Assembly: GCA_036556665.1 (NCBI GenBank)
Contig: DATBIX010000023.1
Coordinates: 21,434-85,433 of the forward strand
DNA length: 64,000 nucleotides
Direction of reading: 5' to 3'
Source of the DNA: Acidimicrobiia bacterium
GTDB taxonomy: Bacteria; Actinomycetota; Acidimicrobiia; Spongiisociales; ZC4RG35
Below, piece after piece: positions 29,135 to 39,180 of this stretch; positions within the stretch are counted from its first letter, which is position 1; every line of letters starts with the position of its first letter. The notes below the pieces were generated by a model, which saw only the letters and a program-made list of their open reading frames with translations, ran no database searches and was not told the origin of the DNA. The position numbers were made by a program, and so were the translations under genes.

Positions 29135-29162
29135 TCTGGGGTGCCCTTCCGGGCACCCCAGA
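29135..29162 (+). terminator. perfect 12-bp stem / 4-nt loop hairpin between the SBP and permease genes (intra-operon attenuator)
   Basis: 'tctggggtgccc ttcc gggcaccccaga', 14 nt after the SBP stop codon. No U-tract. Confidence 0.45.
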
Positions 29163-29169
29163 CAACCGA

Positions 29170-30168
29170 GTGTCCGGCGGGGTAGCGATGGCGCGATATG
29201 TGATGTTGAGGACGGCGTGGGCGATCCCCGTGCTCCTGATCGTCACCTTTCTCACCTTCTGGGCGGTGAAGGCCGCCACCGACCCGGTGCAGAGCTTTCT
29301 CAGATCCAATCCCAGGGCCACCCCAGAGATGGTGGCCGAATACGAGGAGGCGCACGGCCTGGTCGGGTCCACGCCCGAGCAGTACGTGCGCTGGTTGGGC
29401 AACTTCCTCACCCTGGAGTGGGGGAACTCGATCAAGGGCAACACCCCGGTGTTTCCCGACCTGAAGAGCGCCCTGGCCAACAGTCTGGTGCTGGGAATCA
29501 CCGCCAGTTTCGTGGGGATCACCATCGGTCTCGGGATCGGGATCCTCTCCGCCCTGCGCCAGTACTCCAAGTTCGACACCCTGGCCACCGGCGCCGCCTT
29601 CGCCGGGATATCGATACCGCCTTTCGTGTCGGCGGTGTTGTTACAGGTCGTGTTCGCGATCCTCCTCACCAGCTGGCTCGGTCTGGAGACACCGTTGTTA
29701 CCCGTGGCGGGGATCTACCCGCCCGGTCAGACCGAATTCGACCTTGGGCTCCGGATCAAGCACATGATCCTCCCGGTCACCGTGGTGGCGATCCAGATCA
29801 TCGCGGTGTACAGCAGGTACATGCGGGCCTCACTGCTCGACGTGAAGGAGTCCGACTACATGCGCACCGCCCGCTCGAAGGGGATATCGGAGCGCAGGGT
29901 CATGACCAAGCACGCGCTGCGCAACGCCATGATCCCGATCGTCACCCTGGCCGCCATCGACATCGGCGCCATCGTCGGCGGCTTGATCATCACCGAGCGC
30001 ATCTTCGAGTACAAGGGGACGGGCGACTTCCTCATCACCGCATTGGGCAATGGCGACTTTCCCCAGGTGATGCCGCTGATGTTCATCATCGTCTCGTCGG
30101 TGATCGTGTTCAACCTGCTCGCCGACATTTCGTATGCCTGGCTCGACCCGAGGATCCGTCTTGGTTGA
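29170..30168 (+). CDS. ABC transporter permease (DppB/OppB type)
   Basis: 6 TM helices and the EAA-like 'YMRTARSKGISERRV' motif. Confidence 0.85.
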   Translation: MSGGVAMARYVMLRTAWAIPVLLIVTFLTFWAVKAATDPVQSFLRSNPRATPEMVAEYEEAHGLVGSTPEQYVRWLGNFLTLEWGNSIKGNTPVFPDLKSALANSLVLGITASFVGITIGLGIGILSALRQYSKFDTLATGAAFAGISIPPFVSAVLLQVVFAILLTSWLGLETPLLPVAGIYPPGQTEFDLGLRIKHMILPVTVVAIQIIAVYSRYMRASLLDVKESDYMRTARSKGISERRVMTKHALRNAMIPIVTLAAIDIGAIVGGLIITERIFEYKGTGDFLITALGNGDFPQVMPLMFIIVSSVIVFNLLADISYAWLDPRIRLG

Positions 30169-31153
30169 CACGGTCGCCGCCAGGCCCACCCAGGCACCCG
30201 ACGTCCTGATCGACGAGGTCGAGGGCCTCATTGTCCAGTCGGCGTCGCCCACCAAGCTGGCGCTGAGGCGTTACCGCCATCACCGGGCGGCGATGATCGC
30301 CACGGTCGCCCTGATCATCATCGCCGTGGCCTGCTTCGCAGCTCCCATCATCGCCCCTTACGCCGAGAACGAGGCGGTCAACGTCAGCGAGGACTCCAAC
30401 CTCAAGGCGATCCACGTCCCGCCCAATGCCCAGTTCTGGTTCGGGACCGACTCGATCGGGCGTGATCTCTACTCGCGGATCCTCTACGGTGGGCAGGTCT
30501 CCCTCTTCGTCGGGATCGCCAGCGCCATCTCGGCCGGGCTGATCGGGACCGTGATCGGCGCCTTCGCCGGGTTCCGCGGTGGCCGAATCGACAACATGCT
30601 CATGCGCGGGACCGACCTGTTCATCGGCCTCCCCCTTCTCGTCATCCTGATCATCATGAGGCTGCTCCCCGAGAAGCAGCCCTGGGCGGCGACAGTCCTC
30701 GGCGAGCCCGGGTCGAAGCGACTCATGGTTACCCTGATCTCCCTGGTGGCCTGGATGACCACCGCCCGCATCGTGCGCGGCGTGGTGCTCAGCCTCAAGG
30801 AGAAGGAGTTCATCGAGGCGGCGCGCGCCGTGGGGGCTCGGGACAGGCGGATCATCGTCCGTCATCTCGTCCCCAACACCATCGGGCCGATCGTGGTCTC
30901 CTTGACCTTCATCGTGGCCGCTGCGATCGGTCTCGAGTCGACACTCTCGTTCTTCGGGTTCGGCCTCGACCCGACCCAGTCGTCCTGGGGCAACCTGCTC
31001 GCCGATGCCGGGACAAACATCATCACCAAGAAGTGGTGGCTGGTCCTCTTCCCGAGCCTTGTGTTGCTGATCACGATTCTCTGCATCAACTTCATGGGTG
31101 ATGGGCTGCGGGACGCTCTCGATCCCAAGCAGGAGCAGAGAGTCACTGGATGA
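30134..31153 (+). CDS. ABC transporter permease (DppC/OppC type)
   Basis: TM-rich, with 'FIEAARAVGARDRRII' EAA motif. Overlaps neighbours on both sides. Confidence 0.75.
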   Translation: MPGSTRGSVLVDTVAARPTQAPDVLIDEVEGLIVQSASPTKLALRRYRHHRAAMIATVALIIIAVACFAAPIIAPYAENEAVNVSEDSNLKAIHVPPNAQFWFGTDSIGRDLYSRILYGGQVSLFVGIASAISAGLIGTVIGAFAGFRGGRIDNMLMRGTDLFIGLPLLVILIIMRLLPEKQPWAATVLGEPGSKRLMVTLISLVAWMTTARIVRGVVLSLKEKEFIEAARAVGARDRRIIVRHLVPNTIGPIVVSLTFIVAAAIGLESTLSFFGFGLDPTQSSWGNLLADAGTNIITKKWWLVLFPSLVLLITILCINFMGDGLRDALDPKQEQRVTG

Positions 31154-32127
31154 CCGAGCCGGTTCTCTCGGTCAGAGACCTGTCCGTTTCGTTCCCAACC
31201 GATGACGGGTTGGTGCAGGCCGTTCGAGGCATCAGCTTCGACATAGCCGAGCACGAGCTCATGGGGATCGTGGGCGAGTCCGGGTCGGGGAAGTCGGTCA
31301 CGTTCCTTGCCGTGATGGGCCTCCTCCCCAAGAGGGCCCAGATCACCGGCTCGATCAAGATCGCCGGCGAGGAGATCCTGGGCCGCCCGGACAAGGAGAT
31401 ACGCCGCATCCGGGGCAAGAAGGTCGCCATGATCTTCCAGGACCCTCTCACCGCACTCAACCCGGTCCACCGGGTGGGCGCCCAGATCGTCGAGATGATC
31501 CAGGCCCATCAGGACATCGGGGACGACGAGGCCCACAAGAGGGCGGTCGAGCTGCTCGACCTGGTCGGCATCCCTCAGGCTGCTACCCGGGCCCGACAGT
31601 ACCCCCACGAGTTCTCCGGCGGCATGAGGCAGCGAGCGATGATCGCCATGGCGATAGCCAACGACCCGCTCATCCTGGTCGCAGACGAGCCGACCACCGC
31701 CCTCGACACCACGGTGCAGGCCCAGATCCTCGACGTGGTCCAGGCCGTCCAGCACGAGCTGGGGGCGGCGGTCGCCTTCATCACCCATGACCTCGGGGTG
31801 ATCGCCCGCATCGCCGATCGGGTCCAGGTCATGTACGCAGGGCGGATCGCGGAACGCGGCGAGGCACACGACATCTTCCTCCGCCCGACCCATCCCTACA
31901 CCGTGGGGCTGCTCAACTCGCTCCCCGACCCGACCACCGACCGCCTCATCCCCATCCCGGGAGCGCCACCGAACATGTTGCGCCCCCCAACCGGCTGCGC
32001 CTTCAGGGTGCGCTGCCCCCATGCCGCCGACATCTGCGCCGAGGGTCTGCCCGAGTTGCGGCCGTTCGGGGCGGTGGAGACGGCCTGTGTCAGGGTCGAG
32101 GAGATCATGGCAAGGTCGAGCGCATGA
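31150..32127 (+). CDS. ABC transporter ATP-binding protein (DppD/OppD type)
   Basis: Walker A 'GESGSGKS', signature 'FSGGMRQR', Walker B '[11 protein letters not shown]'. Confidence 0.85.
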   Translation: MTEPVLSVRDLSVSFPTDDGLVQAVRGISFDIAEHELMGIVGESGSGKSVTFLAVMGLLPKRAQITGSIKIAGEEILGRPDKEIRRIRGKKVAMIFQDPLTALNPVHRVGAQIVEMIQAHQDIGDDEAHKRAVELLDLVGIPQAATRARQYPHEFSGGMRQRAMIAMAIANDPLILVADEPTTALDTTVQAQILDVVQAVQHELGAAVAFITHDLGVIARIADRVQVMYAGRIAERGEAHDIFLRPTHPYTVGLLNSLPDPTTDRLIPIPGAPPNMLRPPTGCAFRVRCPHAADICAEGLPELRPFGAVETACVRVEEIMARSSA

Positions 32128-33158
32128 CCGAGACCCTCCTCGAGGTCACCGACCTCTACAAGCTGTTCGATGTGCGCGAGACGGTGGGGCATCGGGTCAT
32201 AAAGCACACGGTTCACGCCGTGTCTGGGGTCAGCTTCAGCATCAACGCCGGTGAGACTCTCGGGTTGGTGGGGGAGTCCGGCTCCGGGAAGTCGACGGTG
32301 GGCCGCTGCATCCTTCGGCTACTCGAGCCGACCTCTGGATCGGTCAAGTACCGGGGCCGGGAGCTGACCACCCTCTCCCGCGAGGAGCTGCGCGAGCTGC
32401 GCTCGGAGATCCAGATCGTCTTCCAGGATCCTTACGCCTCGCTCGACCCGAGGATGACGATAGGTTCGGCCATTGCGGAGCCGTTGGAGGTCCACGACGT
32501 CCCGGGAGACCATCGGACCATCGTCGCCGAGCTGCTCGAGATGGTTGGCCTCTCGCCCGAACACGCCAAAAGGTTCCCGCACGAGTTCTCAGGTGGTCAG
32601 AGACAGCGGATCGGGATCGCCCGCGCCTTGAGCCTTCGTCCTTCGCTCATCGTGCTCGACGAGCCGGTCTCGGCGCTCGACGTCTCGATCCAGGCAGGAG
32701 TGCTCAACCTGCTGGAGGACCTGCAGAACGAGCTGGGACTCGCCTACCTGTTCATCGCTCACGACCTCTCGGTGGTGCGCCACATCAGCGACCGGATCGC
32801 GGTGATGTACCTCGGCAAGCTGATGGAGGTCGGAGCTGCCGAGGAGGTGTACGAGCGGGCGACCAACCCCTATACCCAGTCGCTCCTCTCCGCCGTTCCC
32901 ATCCCCAACCCGATCATCGAGCGGGAGCGGCATCGCATCGTCCTCGAGGGAGACCTGCCCAGCCCGGTCAACCCGCCGTCGGGGTGCAGGTTCCGCACCC
33001 GGTGCCCGATCGCATTCGAACGGTGCATCGAGGAGGTGCCCGAGTTGCGTGAGCTGTCCCCAGGGCACTTCACCGCCTGCCATGCCCCCCTTCTGCCCGG
33101 GCAGAACCTGGCAGATTTCGTGGCGCGGCGGGAACAGGTCAGCGCCACCCAGACCTGA
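32124..33158 (+). CDS. ABC transporter ATP-binding protein (DppF/OppF type)
   Basis: Walker A 'GESGSGKST', signature 'FSGGQRQR', Walker B '[11 protein letters not shown]'. Confidence 0.85.
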   Translation: MTETLLEVTDLYKLFDVRETVGHRVIKHTVHAVSGVSFSINAGETLGLVGESGSGKSTVGRCILRLLEPTSGSVKYRGRELTTLSREELRELRSEIQIVFQDPYASLDPRMTIGSAIAEPLEVHDVPGDHRTIVAELLEMVGLSPEHAKRFPHEFSGGQRQRIGIARALSLRPSLIVLDEPVSALDVSIQAGVLNLLEDLQNELGLAYLFIAHDLSVVRHISDRIAVMYLGKLMEVGAAEEVYERATNPYTQSLLSAVPIPNPIIERERHRIVLEGDLPSPVNPPSGCRFRTRCPIAFERCIEEVPELRELSPGHFTACHAPLLPGQNLADFVARREQVSATQT

Positions 33159-33211
33159 AGCCGCCGAGGCCGTCACCCGGAGTATCGTTCCCCCGCATCA
33201 GGAGGTGGTGA

Positions 33212-34192
33212 GTGGCGCGTTATGTCGTGTTGCGGACCGCGTGGGCCATCCCGGTGCTGCTCATCGTCACCTTCCTCACCTTCTGGGCGGTGAAGGAGGC
33301 CACCGACCCGGCGCAGAGCTACCTCAGATCCAACCCGAGGGCCACCCCGGAGATGGTGGCCGCCTACGAAGAGGCCCACGGACTGGTCGGCTCCACCCCC
33401 GAGCAGTACGTGCGCTGGTTGGGCAACTTCGTCACCCTCGACTGGGGGAACTCGATCAAGGGGAACACCCCGGTGTGGCCCGATCTGAAGCGGGCCATGG
33501 CCAACAGCCTGGTGCTGGGGATCGCTGCCACAGTGGTCGGGATCGTCGTCGGCCTGGCGATCGGTGTCCTCTCCGCCCTGCGTCAATACTCCAAATTCGA
33601 CACGCTCTCCACCGGGGCGGCCTACCTCGGGATCTCGATGCCTCCCTTCGTCTCCGCCGTCCTTCTCCAGGTCTTCTTCGCGGTCACGCTCACCAGTCTC
33701 CTCGAGCTGGAGACGCCACTCCTGCCGGTGGCGGGGATGTACCCGCCGGGTCAAACCGAGTTCGACCTTTGGCTTCGGGTCAAGCACATGATCCTGCCGG
33801 TCACAGTGGTGGCGATCCAGATCATCGCCGTCTACAGCCAGGTGATGCGGGCATCACTGCTCGACGTCAAGGAGTCCGAATACATGCGCACGGCGCGGTC
33901 GAAGGGGATATCGGAGAAGAGGGTGATCATCCGTCACGCCATCCGCAACGCCCTGATCCCGATTGCAACCCTCGCCGCACTCCAGTTTGGCGCCATCGTC
34001 GGCGGTCTCATCATCACCGAGCGGATCTTCGAGTACAAGGGGACCGGTGACTACTTGATCACCGCATTGGGCAACGGCGATTTCCCCCAGGTGATGCCCC
34101 TCATGTTCATCGTCGTGGCCTCGGTGATCCTGTTCAATCTCCTGGCGGATATCAGCTACGCCTGGCTCGATCCGAGGATCAGGCTCGACTGA
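33212..34192 (+). CDS. second DppB-type permease, a recent paralog of 29170..30168
   Basis: About 85% amino-acid identity and similarly high nucleotide identity to the first permease over the full length. GTG start after RBS 'aggaggtgg'. Confidence 0.8.
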   Translation: MARYVVLRTAWAIPVLLIVTFLTFWAVKEATDPAQSYLRSNPRATPEMVAAYEEAHGLVGSTPEQYVRWLGNFVTLDWGNSIKGNTPVWPDLKRAMANSLVLGIAATVVGIVVGLAIGVLSALRQYSKFDTLSTGAAYLGISMPPFVSAVLLQVFFAVTLTSLLELETPLLPVAGMYPPGQTEFDLWLRVKHMILPVTVVAIQIIAVYSQVMRASLLDVKESEYMRTARSKGISEKRVIIRHAIRNALIPIATLAALQFGAIVGGLIITERIFEYKGTGDYLITALGNGDFPQVMPLMFIVVASVILFNLLADISYAWLDPRIRLD

Positions 34193-34199
34193 TCAGGGG

Positions 34200-36143
34200 T
34201 CACACCGGGCCGATCCCCTCCAGGCTCTCCGGGTTCTCCAGGCTCGACAGGTCGCCCGGGTCCGCTCCCAGGGCGACGGCTCTCACCACCCGACGCATGA
34301 TCTTGGCGGATCGAGTCCTGGGCAGGTCCTCGACCCATCGGACCACCCGGGGGCGAAACGCCTTGCCCAGCGATCCGGCTACCGCATCGGAGACGACGTC
34401 ATCGAGCTCGTCGCCGGGCTCGACCCCGGGGGAAGGCACGATGAAGATGGCGATCGCCTCTCCTTTGACCTCGTCGGGCACCCCGATGGCGGCCGCCATC
34501 ATCACCTCGGGAAGGGCCACCACCACTGACTCGATCTCGGCCGGCCCGATTCGCTTGCCGGCGACGTTGAGGGTGTCATCCGACCTCCCATGGAGGTACC
34601 AGAAGCCGTCGCCATCGATCGAAGCCCAGTCCCCATGCACCCAAGTGTCGGGGAAGCGCGCCCAGTAGGTGTCGAGGTACCGGTCCGGCTCGTTCCAGAA
34701 CCCACGCGTCATCCCGGGCCAGGAGCCCCGCACCACCAACTCGCCCACTTCTCCCCGCAACGGCCGCCCCTCGGGGTCGAACACGTCGGCGTCGATGCCG
34801 AAAGATGGGGTGCCCACCGATGTCGGCTTCAAACCCTGGAGGATGTTCACCCCGACCAGGACTGCGCCGATCTCGGTGCCCCCGGTGATGTTGATGATGG
34901 GACGAGTGCCCTCTCCGACGTCCCGGAACAGCCACCACCAAGGTTCCGGGTTCCAGGGCTCGCCGGTCGAGCCGAACGCGGTGAGACGTGAGAGATCGTG
35001 ACGTCGCGCCTGTTCGGCTCCGTGTGGGTGGAGGGCGCGAATCAAGGTTGGTGAGATCCCGAGGAAGGTGACGCCGAGCTCGGCGGCCACCGCCCAGAGC
35101 CGGTCCGGGCCGGGGTAGTCGGGTGCCCCGTCGTAGGTGGCCAACGCCGCGCCGTTGGCCAGCCCGGCCACGACCATCCAGGGCCCCATGATCCATCCCA
35201 TGTCCGTGGCCCACATCACCACGTCGTCTTTTCCGAGATCGGCGTGAAAGGCGCCCTCGGCGGCCAGCTTGACGGTGAACCCGCCGTGGACGTGGACCGC
35301 CCCCTTGGGCCGTCCGGTGGTCCCCGAGGTATATGCGATGAGAAAGGGGTCTTCGGTGCTGGTCGGGGCAGGCTCGAGAGGGTCGGCGCCGTCCACGGTC
35401 TCGTGCCACCACAGGTCGCGCTCCGGTGTCATCGGGGTCTCGACCCGATCGGCGTAGGCAACGACCAGCATTCTCTGGATTCCACCGGCGAGGTCGGCCG
35501 CCCGATCCGCCACTTCCTTCATCTCGATCAGCGCGCCCCTCCTCTGGAAGCCGTTGGCGCAGATGAGGAGCACGGGCTTGGGGTCCTCCAACCGCCGGGC
35601 GACGGCCTCGGCGCCGTACCCGGAGAAGACGGGGATGAAGATCGCCCCGAGCCGGGCAACGGCGAGCAGCGACACGACTGCCTCGTGGCCCATGGGAAGG
35701 AACACGGCCACGGCGTCGCCCCTGCCCACACCGAGTGAGTGCAGTGCCCCGGCCAGCCTGCCCACCTGATCGGAGAGCTGAGCGAAGGTCGACTCCCGGA
35801 TCTCACCCGACTCCTTCTGACTGCGCAGCGCCACCCGGTCCGGGTCTGCATCCGCCCATCGATCGACGCAGGCCCGGCTCAGGTTGAACACCCCGCCGAC
35901 GAACCAGGTCGTCCAGGGGAGACCGCGCGACGTGTCCCGGACAGCCCTCCACGGCCGGTCGAAGGGGAGGCCCAGGAACTCGACCACGGCTGCCCAGTAC
36001 CAATCCGGGTCCGCAACCGCTCGCCGGCTCAGCTCCTCGATCGTCTTGATGCCATGTGCGCGCATGAAGGCGGCGGTCTTGGTCGATTCCGCCATCTCAG
36101 GGGTGGGCCGCCACACGATCGATTGGCCGGTTTCGGGCTCCAT
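34200..36143 (-). CDS. AMP-forming acyl-CoA synthetase (acetoacetyl-CoA synthetase-like)
   Basis: 'AYTSGTTGRPKG' AMP-binding motif with an acetoacetyl-CoA-synthetase-like N-terminal region. Start taken at MEPETGQ. Confidence 0.7.
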   Translation of the reverse strand: MEPETGQSIVWRPTPEMAESTKTAAFMRAHGIKTIEELSRRAVADPDWYWAAVVEFLGLPFDRPWRAVRDTSRGLPWTTWFVGGVFNLSRACVDRWADADPDRVALRSQKESGEIRESTFAQLSDQVGRLAGALHSLGVGRGDAVAVFLPMGHEAVVSLLAVARLGAIFIPVFSGYGAEAVARRLEDPKPVLLICANGFQRRGALIEMKEVADRAADLAGGIQRMLVVAYADRVETPMTPERDLWWHETVDGADPLEPAPTSTEDPFLIAYTSGTTGRPKGAVHVHGGFTVKLAAEGAFHADLGKDDVVMWATDMGWIMGPWMVVAGLANGAALATYDGAPDYPGPDRLWAVAAELGVTFLGISPTLIRALHPHGAEQARRHDLSRLTAFGSTGEPWNPEPWWWLFRDVGEGTRPIINITGGTEIGAVLVGVNILQGLKPTSVGTPSFGIDADVFDPEGRPLRGEVGELVVRGSWPGMTRGFWNEPDRYLDTYWARFPDTWVHGDWASIDGDGFWYLHGRSDDTLNVAGKRIGPAEIESVVVALPEVMMAAAIGVPDEVKGEAIAIFIVPSPGVEPGDELDDVVSDAVAGSLGKAFRPRVVRWVEDLPRTRSAKIMRRVVRAVALGADPGDLSSLENPESLEGIGPV

Positions 36144-36218
36144 TGACCTCTCGTTGGGCGCGCGACTGTAGAGAGGTTGCCGCTGACGGCGTGGGGTCGA
36201 ATCTAGGCTCAGACGATC

Positions 36219-37304
36219 TTGGAGAGCCCCGACGCCAGAGACAACCGCGTTTTCCGGAGAAGGACCCTGGTGGTCGCCGGTGTGCTTTTGGCGACGGCCG
36301 CCGCCCTCTATCTCCTCTTCCGTCTGCGCAATCTGGTCTTCATGCTGTTCGTCTCGGTGTTCATCGTGGTCGCAGTGGAGCCACCCGTTCACTTCCTCGA
36401 GAAGAGGGGGTGGCGGCGAGGGATGGCCACCGGGCTCGTGTTCCTGGTGGTGGCGGCGATCGTCATCGTGTTCCTGGTCTCACTGGTCCCTCTCTTCGTC
36501 GATCAGTACAACGACCTGGTGGAGGCTCTCCCCGGCTATATCCAATCGATCTCCGAGCTCGCCAACGACTGGCTCGGCGTCGAGCTTTCAACAGAGGCGC
36601 TGCAGGCTGAGGCGGCCAACCTCCCCGACCTCATCGCCAATGCGGGAGGCACCATCATCGGAGGCGTGATCAACGTGACGGCCGGCATTGCCAGCTTCTT
36701 CTTCTTCTGGGCCACGGTGGCGTTGTTCTCGTTCTACATGGTGGCCGAGTTGCCCCAACTGCAACGAACCATCCTCTCCACCATGCCCGAGCGTCGACAG
36801 CGCGACCTCCTCCACGTCTGGGAGGTCGCGGTCGAGAAGATGGGTGGATACATCTACTCGAGGCTCATCCTCGCCATTCTCAGCGGAACGCTCGCTGCCC
36901 TCTTCCTCTCCGCGCTGCAGGTGCCGTTCGCCCTCTCCCTCGGAATCTGGGTCGGGGTGCTCAGTCAGTTCATCCCCGTGATCGGCACCTATCTGGCCAT
37001 GATCCTCCCGGCCCTGGTGGCCCTGTCGGCGAGGGGGGTGACCACCATGCTCTGGGTGATCCTCTTCTTCGTGGCCTATCAGCAGTTGGAGAACTACCTG
37101 ATCGCTCCCCGGATCACCAAGAGGACGATGGAGATCCACCCAGCCGTCTCGATCGGGGCCATCATCGTCGGGTCGGTTCTGCTCGGCCCCATAGGGGTGA
37201 TCCTCGCCCTCCCCATGACCGGGATCATCCAGGCGCTGATCTCCGAGACCAGAAAGCAACACGAGGTGATTCTCGATGATGCCGAGCCGGCGGTGGAGAC
37301 CTGA
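36219..37304 (+). CDS. AI-2E family transporter (PerM/UPF0118)
   Basis: 8 TM helices with the characteristic topology. Alternative (TTG) start, N-terminus uncertain. Confidence 0.65.
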   Translation: MESPDARDNRVFRRRTLVVAGVLLATAAALYLLFRLRNLVFMLFVSVFIVVAVEPPVHFLEKRGWRRGMATGLVFLVVAAIVIVFLVSLVPLFVDQYNDLVEALPGYIQSISELANDWLGVELSTEALQAEAANLPDLIANAGGTIIGGVINVTAGIASFFFFWATVALFSFYMVAELPQLQRTILSTMPERRQRDLLHVWEVAVEKMGGYIYSRLILAILSGTLAALFLSALQVPFALSLGIWVGVLSQFIPVIGTYLAMILPALVALSARGVTTMLWVILFFVAYQQLENYLIAPRITKRTMEIHPAVSIGAIIVGSVLLGPIGVILALPMTGIIQALISETRKQHEVILDDAEPAVET

Positions 37305-37452
37305 CGGGAAGCCGACATCTCCCATTCGGTTCGGTCCCGGTCTGCCGATAATCCAGATGCTCGCGATATATTCCCGGGGCGATCCCCGAATCCGAGTTTG
37401 GGGCGGCCACGGGTGGCGAGCAACGCCTGCCCTCTGACAGCAAGCCACCACC

Positions 37453-39180
37453 ATGGACAATCGATCAATTCCAGCCCGGCCCCCGCAACGGTCCCTTGCC
37501 CTGGTCTTCCTCGTCGCCCTGATCGCATTGGTCCTCGCTGCCTGCGACGGCGAGAGCACAGCCACGTCGGTCGAGGCCGAGACGGCCACCACGAGGGCAT
37601 CGACGACGACGGTGGCTCCGTCCACCACGATCATCGGCGGCTGTCCCGAGGTCTTCTGCGTGAAGTACTTCATCCGGCCGGAGGCAACCTGGGCCGACGG
37701 GGTGCCGGTCACGGCCGAGGATTTCGCCTTCACCTACGAGACCATCATGAGGACCGATCTCGACATCGCCAGCCGCACCGGATACAGCCAGATCACCGGC
37801 TATGAGATCGTGGACGACAAGACGGTGGTGTTCGCCTTCGGGGAGGTCTATGCCCCCTGGCGGACACTGTTCGGCCGGGTGCTCCCGGCTCATGCCCTCG
37901 AGGGCCAATCGTTCGAGACGATCTGGGACGAGGCGATCACCCTGGGATCGGGGCCCTTCCGATTCAGCGAGTGGATCCCGGACGAGCGGATCGTCCTGAC
38001 CCGCGATCCCGGGTACTGGGGGACGACATCGGGCGACGTCCAGACGGTCGACATCGTCTTTCCGGAGGACCTCGAGACCGAGGTGCGGGCGCTGCGCGAC
38101 GGGGAGGTGGACGTGATCTATCCCCAGCCCCAGGTAGAGGTGGTCGAGGACCTGACCTCGCGCCAAAGCATCGAGTGGGAGGCCGGGTCCGACCTGGTGT
38201 GGGAGCACTTCGACTTCAACCAGGACGACAAGCGCCTCCAGAACCTCTATGTGCGCCAGGCGATAGCGCAGGCGATCAACCGTGACGCCATCCTGGAGCA
38301 GATCATCCGGCCGATCGGTTCCGACCCCGAGCCCCTGGGCAACTCCGTCTGGCTGAACACCAACGCCCAATCGGAAGATCATTTCAACCAGCGCTTCCCC
38401 TACGATCCCGAGGCGGCCGAAGGGCTCCTCGTCGACAACGGATGTTTGAAGGGAGCGGACGGCATCTACGTCTGCGACGGCGAGCGGATGTCGTTCACCT
38501 GGACCACCACCACCGGAAACGAGGCCCGAGAGCTCCAGTTCGAGCTGGCCGCGGCCGACCTGCAGGCGATCGGCATCGAGGTGACCGCCAAGTTCGGCCC
38601 TGCCAACGAGGTGTTCTCGGACGCCAACTTCTATGGCGGGGCCGGGTCGTGGCAGATCCTCAACTTCGCCTGGGTGGGCGATCCCGACCCCGTCGGCCAG
38701 AACACGCTCTACCACTGCGAAGGCGACGCCCCCAACGGGTTCGGCGCGCTCAACAACCTGCGTTACTGCGACGAGCAGGTGGACTCCCTGATCAGGGAGA
38801 CCGACGGCCAGGTCGACTTTGCCGAGCGGGCCGCCACCTACAACGAGGCAGACGAGCTCTGGCTCGCCGGCATCCCGATGATCCCGATCTATCAGAAGCC
38901 CACCTTCTTGGCCTGGAACTCCGTGCTCGATGGACCCAAGGACAATGCATCCGAGGTTGGGCCGTTCTGGAACCTGGCGGAATGGACCGGCAAGGAGGAC
39001 GTCATCTTCGGGGCTGGCGCCGAGCCCCTCTCGCTCAACGTCCTGGAGAGGGACGGGAACATGTTCGTCACCGGGTTGGTATCGACTGCGGTCCTCGAGG
39101 GCGCCTACACGATCACCCCCGATTTCCAGTTCGTACCGCAGCTCATCACCCGGGCGGAGCCGATGCTCCCAACCGGCTGA
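37453..39180 (+). CDS. second family-5 ABC substrate-binding lipoprotein (divergent paralog of 27388..29121)
   Basis: Lipobox 'VLAACDG', a Thr-rich linker, an SBP5 fold, and about 30% identity to the first SBP. Confidence 0.8.
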   Translation: MDNRSIPARPPQRSLALVFLVALIALVLAACDGESTATSVEAETATTRASTTTVAPSTTIIGGCPEVFCVKYFIRPEATWADGVPVTAEDFAFTYETIMRTDLDIASRTGYSQITGYEIVDDKTVVFAFGEVYAPWRTLFGRVLPAHALEGQSFETIWDEAITLGSGPFRFSEWIPDERIVLTRDPGYWGTTSGDVQTVDIVFPEDLETEVRALRDGEVDVIYPQPQVEVVEDLTSRQSIEWEAGSDLVWEHFDFNQDDKRLQNLYVRQAIAQAINRDAILEQIIRPIGSDPEPLGNSVWLNTNAQSEDHFNQRFPYDPEAAEGLLVDNGCLKGADGIYVCDGERMSFTWTTTTGNEARELQFELAAADLQAIGIEVTAKFGPANEVFSDANFYGGAGSWQILNFAWVGDPDPVGQNTLYHCEGDAPNGFGALNNLRYCDEQVDSLIRETDGQVDFAERAATYNEADELWLAGIPMIPIYQKPTFLAWNSVLDGPKDNASEVGPFWNLAEWTGKEDVIFGAGAEPLSLNVLERDGNMFVTGLVSTAVLEGAYTITPDFQFVPQLITRAEPMLPTG

